Shown here piece after piece: positions 57,376-64,000 of a DNA stretch of 64,000 nucleotides. Source of the stretch: Candidatus Woesearchaeota archaeon (GTDB lineage Archaea > Nanobdellota > Nanobdellia > SCGC-AAA011-G17 > PNOQ01); assembly GCA_964408705.1 (NCBI GenBank), contig CAYPAI010000003.1, positions 5,382 to 69,381 on the forward strand, in the 5' to 3' direction. The first letter of the stretch is position 1. The number at the start of each line of letters is the position of its first letter. Under the pieces are notes generated by a model. It was not told where the DNA came from, did not search any database, and worked only from the letters and a program-made list of their open reading frames with translations. The translations under genes were made by a program, and so were the position numbers.

Positions 57376-57980
57376 TTTTCTTTTATTTCAATTATAATGA
57401 AAGTAGGGGATAAAAAATTTATCCTTTTTTTTATTGTAAATTTTTTTATTAAATAAGGGAAGAATCCATAAATTTTTCCATTAGGAAATAGAGTTACAAT
57501 ATCCTTTTCGGAAAAGAAATGTTTATGTCCTTTATTTTGTAAATCTTTTGGGCTTTTATTGAATAGTTTTGCTAGTTTATATAGCCAAAAAAAGGAGTTT
57601 GGAGTTGTTATTACTAATTTTCCCCCTGGTCTTAATACTCTTCTAAACTCAGATACGCTTTTAACAGGATCTTCTAAATGTTCTATAACTTCACTACACC
57701 ATATTATGTCAAATTCTCCATCTTTGAAAGGCAATTCTTTATCTGCGTTAACTATCACACATTTTTCATATTTGTTTTCTATGTCTGTTGAAGTAGTATT
57801 ATATCCCTTACTTTCTAACCACCTAGATTGAATACCTTCCCTACATCCTACATCTAATGCCTTTTTGTTTTTTCCAAATGGAATATGGGACATTGCGATT
57901 ATCTTTCCTTGTGTAGTTTTTCTAAGATTTCCTTGCCCTAGGTCAATAGGTATCCTTTTTAGAAGATTAATTATGTTCAT
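57360..57980 (-). CDS. Class I SAM-dependent methyltransferase
   Basis: ALDVGC, LPF.DGEFD...SEVIEHL, RVLRPGG...TTPN. Confidence 0.88.
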   Translation of the reverse strand: MNIINLLKRIPIDLGQGNLRKTTQGKIIAMSHIPFGKNKKALDVGCREGIQSRWLESKGYNTTSTDIENKYEKCVIVNADKELPFKDGEFDIIWCSEVIEHLEDPVKSVSEFRRVLRPGGKLVITTPNSFFWLYKLAKLFNKSPKDLQNKGHKHFFSEKDIVTLFPNGKIYGFFPYLIKKFTIKKRINFLSPTFIIIEIKENHKSR

Positions 57981-58177
57981 TCTGTAAATCCTGTTTTCTT
58001 ATACATATAAAATTTTAATATAAAAAGTCCTCCAACAATGATCGTACTACTAAGTATAGTTGGGATGTTTAATAAATCTATGAAGATCCACAGTAAAATA
58101 ATATTCAAAAAAGTTATGAATAATCCTACATAACTATAAGTTATAAAATTTTTATTTTTTTCAAACATTTTTTTCAT
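57977..58177 (-). CDS. Half-size GtrA-like membrane protein
   Basis: F..YSYVG...T.LN..LLW.F.D GtrA-type N-terminal motif; only 2 TM. Confidence 0.6.
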   Translation of the reverse strand: MKKMFEKNKNFITYSYVGLFITFLNIILLWIFIDLLNIPTILSSTIIVGGLFILKFYMYKKTGFTE

Positions 58178-58179
58178 TT

Positions 58180-59106
58180 TTATGATTTCATTATTGAATA
58201 ACTTTCCTTATCTTTATAATATATTTTTACCAAAATATCTGCTAATAATCCAAATACAAGTAAGATCAATCCACTAACAATTAATAGTGCAGATAACACT
58301 AGTAATGGCCTGTTTGCAATAGCTTCTCCATTAATCAGTTTTATGTAAGTTAGATATATTCCAATTAAGAATCCACTTATTCCACTTAATATTCCTAGTC
58401 CTCCAAAAAGATGTATTGGTTTTGTAGAATATTTCATCCAAAATTTTAGTAGGATCATGTCTAAAAATCCATTCAATGTTCTTTTGAATGTATAGTTGGT
58501 TTTTCCAAATTTTCTTTTTCGATGGTTGACTTTCATTTCTGATATTTTAAAACCGTTTAGACTAAGTAAGGCTGGGATAAATCTATGCATTTCTCCATAA
58601 AGTTTTAAATCTTTAAAACATTCTCTCCGATATGCCTTTAATGTGCACCCTGAATCGGTTATTGTATCATTTATGATTAATTTTCTTAAAATATTTGCAC
58701 CTCTTGACAATACTCTTTTTGAAAAATTATCTTTTCTATTGTATCTCCACCCAGATACTACATCATATCCTCTGCTTAATTCCTTGATCAAGTTAGGTAT
58801 ATCTCTTGGGTCGTTTTGTAAATCACTATCCATAGTGATAATTATTTTTCCAAGCGAATTTTTGATCCCTGCATCTAATGCTGCAGTTTGTCCAAAATTT
58901 TTCCTAAATCTGATAAGTTTTATATTGTTGTCTTTTTTAGATATTTCTTCTATAATCTTTGAACTTTTATCCATAGATTTATCATCAACAAAGATTATTT
59001 CATAATTTTTGTCTAATTTATCTAGTACGAGTACTAGTTCATGATATAATATTTCTATGTTTTTCTCTTCATTGTATACTGGAAGTACTACAGATATGTC
59101 TACCAT
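58180..59106 (-). CDS. GT2 polyprenol-phosphate glycosyltransferase (ArnC/GtrB-like)
   Basis: PVYNEE, RKNFGQTAA, MDSDLQNDP, VSGWR, DSGCTLKAY, GEMHRFIP; two C-terminal TMs. Alternative ATG at 59118. Confidence 0.9.
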   Translation of the reverse strand: MVDISVVLPVYNEEKNIEILYHELVLVLDKLDKNYEIIFVDDKSMDKSSKIIEEISKKDNNIKLIRFRKNFGQTAALDAGIKNSLGKIIITMDSDLQNDPRDIPNLIKELSRGYDVVSGWRYNRKDNFSKRVLSRGANILRKLIINDTITDSGCTLKAYRRECFKDLKLYGEMHRFIPALLSLNGFKISEMKVNHRKRKFGKTNYTFKRTLNGFLDMILLKFWMKYSTKPIHLFGGLGILSGISGFLIGIYLTYIKLINGEAIANRPLLVLSALLIVSGLILLVFGLLADILVKIYYKDKESYSIMKS

Positions 59107-61658
59107 TTTATTTTCCATGTTTCTATCCTGAAACCATCTATTCCTATGTTTGTGTTAAAACTTTCGAATTTATTTAAATTTTTTCCTTCATAATAAAATA
59201 ATTCTGTAAACATGCTACCTATTAATTCAGGACTCATTAGCATAATCTGAGAAGTTTTTGGTAGATAAGCTATACTTATTTCTTCAGTACCTTCTTCAGA
59301 TGAATAAACTTGTAAATCGTCTCTATAATTTTTTATTAAAATTTGTCCTTCTTCAGTTTGTAATATTGCGATCTTATTTTCATTATCGATTATTATTCCA
59401 TTATCACAGATAATGAGATTTTCTTGTGTGTTACAGTTAATTTTTTCTTGATTATAAGTTGGATAATGGTATATCCATGAGTTTATTTGTTTATCTGACA
59501 TTAGATTTATTTCGTCATAAACTGAATTTGCTTCTTCCAAAGTATATCCCAATTCTTCAATAATTATGTTTATTGCATCTTCTTTTTTATGATCTTTTAT
59601 AGTATTATACATGAAAGATTTATCAAAATTCCAACCTCCAAAGTGGGACCATACTCCTGATTTTGATACCATATCTTGAGAAGTTATTAAATAGCCTTCA
59701 GGAGGGTCACAATGTGTATTTTTTAATATTTCTTCAGGATTAGCTACATATTCTTTAAGAATTTCTTTTGCTGAATTTTCTTCTTTGGTTAATATTGAAT
59801 CAACTATTCTTTTTGTAAGAACTGGATTTTCTGTTTCACTTAGGATCAAGTCGTATGCATTATTTCCACCACAATCTAGCATTCTTATAATCCCTACAGA
59901 TTCTTCTTCATTGGAAGTAAGTAATGCCTTTCCAACCCAATGTGCTTGTGGCCTATTTTGTGTACCTCCGTCAAAAGTCACAGGTCTATCTGCTACTGCC
60001 TTAAACCAGTGTCCGAAGTCCCACCATGAAGTAATTATTGAGTTTTTAGGTGTTTCTTCTTCTATCTTGTTAAGAGTATGGATCCAGCCATCATTGATAC
60101 TTGGTACTCCATGTTTTGAAATTGATTTTGCTTCATTAAATAAAGGAACTAATGGAATGAATAGTAAGAAGATTAATATTACAGATATAATTTTTTTATT
60201 TATTTCAAGTTCTTTAATTGTCCAATTTAGAGTTAAATTATATAATTTTGAGAAAAATGATCCTAACCCTATTGCAAATATAGGAATAACTAGCATAACA
60301 AATCTTGTACCTTTTGAAGTTGTGAATAGAGTAGTTACAAACCATACAGCTAACAATATTCCATATTTTATGTCTAATTGTATTTTGTTTTTTTTGAGCA
60401 GGATTAGTATTATTCCTATCATTGATCCGGTAAATAAAAATTTTCCACCAAGAACAGAAATTACTTGAGAGAAACTTACATCACTTAGTTCTGCAACTGT
60501 AGTGTAAACATTGGGCCATAAGTCTGATTTTACAGCTTCTTTTAAAAATAAGAAGTTGAATGGGGCTTTTATGGTTGTTAAAATTTTATTGAAATTTGTA
60601 AATAATGTAACAAAGATTATGGAAGATATTATGTAAGATCCAGCAGTTATTGCTAGGTTTTTGGTTTTTAATTTTTTAAAAAGTTTAGATCTATATTTTA
60701 TAATTAAGTACATTAGATATATGGCCATGCTTGCTAATATTATATCAAATATGTACCACCATCCTGCCCATGCAAATGAAAATATTCCTGTAACTGCTCC
60801 TGCAGCTATGCCCAAGTATATTTTCTTTTTTTTGTTCATAGTAACAAATGCTTCCGAGAAACACCATAATATAATTAGAGGTAAAAGAATTGTGTAAGAG
60901 TCTGTATCTGAAAAACCTGCAGTGGTTCTAGCTAAGAAACTAGGGTGGATTGCTAGAACAAAAGATGCTATAAATCCTCCTAAGTTTCCACTGATCTTCC
61001 TAGCTATAAAAAAAATTGGAATTAAAGTTAAACTTGCTAAAATGAGTGGTAGTATGAACATAGTTTTGAGTAATGAATCATTACCAAAAATAGAGCTTAT
61101 TTTGTGTGAAAATGCTCCAACCGAGGAGTGCAAGTCATTTGATACCTTTTTCCCATTTGGGGCAACAATGTAGGAATCATACGTTTCATAATCTCTCACT
61201 TCATTTCCAACTTGACCATAATCAATTAAGTTTTGTGCTCTTCTATAAAAATGATAAGGGTCTATCGCTAAAAGGTATGTTTGGCCACTTTTATCTTGAT
61301 AATAGTTTTTTAGTTGAAGAGATATTTCTTCTTGTTTTATTTTTATTTCATCAGGCCTTTCTTTAAGTAGTTGAGAATATTGTTGTGAAACTGCTAGTTC
61401 CAAATCTTCCATAGTTATTTCAGGGTATTGAGATATTATTTCATTTCTGAGACTATTCTTTAAGTCTTGTTCTAATGAATTTTCTGCCCAATCATCAGTG
61501 ATAGGTAGATCGTAAGATTGCATCCTAAGAAATACCGAGAAGATTAATGCAATAATTATTAAAAAAATAGCTTTATTGTTTATTATAAATTTATGATAGG
61601 TTGTGAATTTATTTTTTAAGTTTTTTATTTTTAAATTTATATTAAATTCTTCTGCCAT
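59100..61658 (-). CDS. aglB: Archaeal oligosaccharyltransferase AglB (STT3)
   Basis: DPYH, GFSDTD, TVAEL, SWWDFGHW, DGG and DMVSK (DK motif); ~13 TM. Confidence 0.92.
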   Translation of the reverse strand: MAEEFNINLKIKNLKNKFTTYHKFIINNKAIFLIIIALIFSVFLRMQSYDLPITDDWAENSLEQDLKNSLRNEIISQYPEITMEDLELAVSQQYSQLLKERPDEIKIKQEEISLQLKNYYQDKSGQTYLLAIDPYHFYRRAQNLIDYGQVGNEVRDYETYDSYIVAPNGKKVSNDLHSSVGAFSHKISSIFGNDSLLKTMFILPLILASLTLIPIFFIARKISGNLGGFIASFVLAIHPSFLARTTAGFSDTDSYTILLPLIILWCFSEAFVTMNKKKKIYLGIAAGAVTGIFSFAWAGWWYIFDIILASMAIYLMYLIIKYRSKLFKKLKTKNLAITAGSYIISSIIFVTLFTNFNKILTTIKAPFNFLFLKEAVKSDLWPNVYTTVAELSDVSFSQVISVLGGKFLFTGSMIGIILILLKKNKIQLDIKYGILLAVWFVTTLFTTSKGTRFVMLVIPIFAIGLGSFFSKLYNLTLNWTIKELEINKKIISVILIFLLFIPLVPLFNEAKSISKHGVPSINDGWIHTLNKIEEETPKNSIITSWWDFGHWFKAVADRPVTFDGGTQNRPQAHWVGKALLTSNEEESVGIIRMLDCGGNNAYDLILSETENPVLTKRIVDSILTKEENSAKEILKEYVANPEEILKNTHCDPPEGYLITSQDMVSKSGVWSHFGGWNFDKSFMYNTIKDHKKEDAINIIIEELGYTLEEANSVYDEINLMSDKQINSWIYHYPTYNQEKINCNTQENLIICDNGIIIDNENKIAILQTEEGQILIKNYRDDLQVYSSEEGTEEISIAYLPKTSQIMLMSPELIGSMFTELFYYEGKNLNKFESFNTNIGIDGFRIETWKIKW

Positions 61659-61710
61659 TAAATTACGCTTTCAATTAAGATTATAAAGTTTACTCTTGTT
61701 TTAAATTTAT

Positions 61711-61792
61711 GCCAGCGTGGCGGAATTGGTATACGCGCACGTCTCGAAAACGTGTGTCTTAGGACATCCAGGTTCAACTCCTGGCGCTGGCG
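61711..61792 (+). tRNA. tRNA-Ser (anticodon CGA)
   Basis: Acceptor GCCAGCG/CGCTGGC; anticodon arm CACGT-CT CGA AA-ACGTG; variable arm TGTCTTAGGACA; GGTTCAACTCC T-arm; G discriminator; no CCA. Confidence 0.93.
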
Positions 61793-61830
61793 TTCATAAG
61801 TTTTATAAAAACTTAGTAGTTTCTGTCATT

Positions 61831-62766
61831 ATGAATTATTTGGTTACAGGTGGAGCAGGATTCATTGGAAGCAATCTAGTAGATAAATTACTTAAAGACG
61901 GCCAAAATGTATCAATTATTGATGATTTTTCTTCTGGAAAAATTAAAAATATAGATCATCATAAAAAAAATAAAAATCTTACTATTTATGAAAGAGATAT
62001 CTGTGGGAATTTGGAAGATATTTTTGATAATAATTCCTTTGACGGGGTATTTCATTTTGCTGCAATACCAAGAGTACAATATTCTATTCAAAATCCGGAT
62101 AAATCTCATAAAGCAAATGTAGATGGAACTTTTAATCTTTTGATGAATTGTAAAAATAAAAATGTTAAGAGGTTTGTTTTTTCATCAAGTTCTTCAATTT
62201 ATGGGGATCAAGATGAGTTACCATTAACAGAAGATATGTCTCCAAATCCATTGTCACCATATGCATTACATAAATTAATTGGTGAACAATATTGTAAGAT
62301 GTTCAATGGATTATATGGTCTTGAAACTGTAAGTTTAAGATATTTTAATGTTTATGGTCCAAGGCAAGATCCAAAAGGAGATTATGCTTGTTTAATACCA
62401 AAATTTATAGACATGGTGAATAAAAATGAATCTCCAATAATTAATGGGGATGGAGAACAGACTAGAGATTTTACTTATGTGGAGGATGTAGTAAATGCTA
62501 ATATTTCTGCTATGAATACTGCCAATCCTAAATCATTTGGACAAGCTTTTAATGTTGGTGCAGCTAATAGCTATTCAGTTAATGATATTACTTCTAAAAT
62601 AACTAAAAATTTTGAGAATGGTGTAGAACCAGTGTATGGTCCTTCTGTGATTGAAGCTAAACATAGTCTAGCTAGTATAGATAAAACTAAAAATTATTTA
62701 TCTTGGAGTCCTGAAGTAAGTTTAACCAAGGGTATGAAAAATACTATGGATTATTTAGTTAAATAA
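61831..62766 (+). CDS. UDP-glucose/GlcNAc 4-epimerase-like SDR
   Basis: VTGGAGFIGS, SSSSIYG, SPYALHK, RYFNVYGP, GDGEQTRDF. True start is the ATG at 61831, after the tRNA. Confidence 0.9.
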   Translation: MNYLVTGGAGFIGSNLVDKLLKDGQNVSIIDDFSSGKIKNIDHHKKNKNLTIYERDICGNLEDIFDNNSFDGVFHFAAIPRVQYSIQNPDKSHKANVDGTFNLLMNCKNKNVKRFVFSSSSSIYGDQDELPLTEDMSPNPLSPYALHKLIGEQYCKMFNGLYGLETVSLRYFNVYGPRQDPKGDYACLIPKFIDMVNKNESPIINGDGEQTRDFTYVEDVVNANISAMNTANPKSFGQAFNVGAANSYSVNDITSKITKNFENGVEPVYGPSVIEAKHSLASIDKTKNYLSWSPEVSLTKGMKNTMDYLVK

Positions 62767-62800
62767 TAAGGCTTATAAATTTGTTTTTTTATTATTGACT

Positions 62801-62902
62801 ATGGTTAAAAAAGAAAATAAGGATTTTTTTAAAGAAGCATTAGAATTACTTAAAGAGTATGATGAAGATTTTGAACCAAGAAAAGTAGAGGAGGATATGT
62901 GA
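62801..62902 (+). CDS. Putative 33-aa acidic small protein
   Basis: ATG..TGA gives MVKKENKDFFKEALELLKEYDEDFEPRKVEEDM; TTATAAAT TATA-like element ~25 nt upstream. Confidence 0.4.
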   Translation: MVKKENKDFFKEALELLKEYDEDFEPRKVEEDM

Positions 62903-63013
62903 ATGAATATAGATCCAATGTATGGTCCAGTAAAGAGTACAATTAATTATCTAGGTGCTTTTGTTTTTTTAGTTATTATTTATATTATATACAAAATTAT
63001 GAAGAAGAACTAA
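62903..63013 (+). CDS. Putative 36-aa single-TM small protein
   Basis: MNIDPMYGPVKSTINYLGAFVFLVIIYIIYKIMKKN; GAGGAGG SD upstream; start abuts the previous stop and the stop abuts the secD stop. Confidence 0.5.
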   Translation: MNIDPMYGPVKSTINYLGAFVFLVIIYIIYKIMKKN

Positions 63014-64000
63014 TCATTCTTCATTCAATTTTTCTACTATAGCTGCAAATGCTGGTCTTGTAATAAAGACTCCCACTGTAACTCCAACTATTGTTATTAA
63101 TGCAAACCCTCTTAGTAATCCTGCTCCTGCTCCAAAAAGTGGAACCATTGCTGCTAAAGTAGTTATATATGCTGCAAAAATTATAAAAAATGCTTTTTTT
63201 AGTTTTTCTTTCCATCTATAAGAATATCCTGTTGTCCCTTGGGTAACTTCGTCTATTATTACTATATTATCATCTATTCCTGTTCCAACTGCAGCTATCA
63301 GTCCCGCTATTGCAGCTAAGTCTAAGTTGTATTTACTAAACGCTGAAAAACCTAGTATAATTATTACTTCGGATAATAATGCTATTACAATTGGAATAGA
63401 TATTTTTAGATTTCTGTACCTTATAAATATTATAAGAGATACTCCAAGAATTGCAAGCATTCCTACTTGTATTGCATTTTTTGTAAACTCTTCACCATAT
63501 ACTGCAGGGATTGGATTTAAGTCTTCTATTTCTAATTCCGTAGGGAATGATCCAGTTAGCAATATGGTTTGAAGTTGATTCATCTGGAATAATGCTTCTT
63601 CTACTGCTTGTTCTCTATTATCTCCGCTGCCAGGTCCAGAAATAATTATTTTTGTTGCTTCTAATCCTTTTAGATCGCTACCAATGTTTAAACTATCTAC
63701 TAAATTTTCATCTAAGTAGAAGTCTATTGTTTCAGATAAGTAACCTTCTACAATTTCTAAATTTTCAGTTAATTCTGCATGTCTTTTTGCAGCATCTTGG
63801 CTAAGGTGTATTAAAAACTCAAATTTACAATAATGCCCACCACTTTCCAAAGGAACACACTGTCTTATTCCTGAACAAGTTCCATCACTTCTACAGACAT
63901 AAGTTATGTCTTTAGAGCCACCACTAAAAACTGTTTCATTTCCTATTCTTGCTTCAAAGACTCCTTGGGAGGCAATTAAATCTGAAATTTCTTGATTAGT
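63014..64000 (-). CDS. secD: Protein translocase subunit SecD (5' end beyond window)
   Basis: Frame is open to the window edge (..QGVFEARIG..); L.TGSFP, LDLAAIAGLIAAVGTGIDDNIVIIDE, LRGFALITIVG...ITRP. Confidence 0.9.
   Translation of the reverse strand, partial: TNQEISDLIASQGVFEARIGNETVFSGGSKDITYVCRSDGTCSGIRQCVPLESGGHYCKFEFLIHLSQDAAKRHAELTENLEIVEGYLSETIDFYLDENLVDSLNIGSDLKGLEATKIIISGPGSGDNREQAVEEALFQMNQLQTILLTGSFPTELEIEDLNPIPAVYGEEFTKNAIQVGMLAILGVSLIIFIRYRNLKISIPIVIALLSEVIIILGFSAFSKYNLDLAAIAGLIAAVGTGIDDNIVIIDEVTQGTTGYSYRWKEKLKKAFFIIFAAYITTLAAMVPLFGAGAGLLRGFALITIVGVTVGVFITRPAFAAIVEKLNEE

Noticed and set aside
61717..61830. N-terminal extension of the epimerase ORF in the ORF track
   Set aside because: It overlaps tRNA-Ser(CGA); the SDR motif begins at the ATG at 61831.
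1..64000. CRISPR arrays, transposases, inteins, DGR or long DNA repeats
   Set aside because: None seen by eye; the only notable repeats are protein-level repeats within the 1379-aa ORF. A self dot-plot would be needed to exclude short or dispersed repeats.

Overview
AT-rich, very gene-dense archaeal chromosome segment. The gene content (aRF1, aMBF1, Rpo11, TFS, PCNA, archaeal S-layer, AglB, AMP-phosphorylase/R15Pi/RuBisCO) and compactness point to a DPANN archaeon, most likely Nanoarchaeota/Woesearchaeota-like (inference). It has four blocks. (1) 1-5.6 kb: core information-processing genes plus a processive GT2 synthase. (2) 5.6-16.3 kb: a cell-surface block with five class III signal-peptide (pilin-like) proteins around a 1379-aa Cys-rich secreted protein, followed by the S-layer gene. 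(3) 16.4-23 kb: tRNA-Ser and a complete AMP/nucleoside salvage pathway with a divergent form III-type RuBisCO and an operonic HAD phosphatase, interrupted by a Dph6-like/glutamine amidotransferase pair. (4) 24-62.8 kb: a ~39 kb surface-glycan locus anchored on AglB, encoding nonulosonic-acid synthesis, 2-hydroxyethylphosphonate synthesis, a sulfotransferase, methyltransferases and unusual nucleotidyltransferase-fold proteins. The window ends with a second tRNA-Ser, an epimerase and partial secD. I saw no CRISPR array, integrase or transposase. All calls come from motif recognition by eye; no database searches were run.
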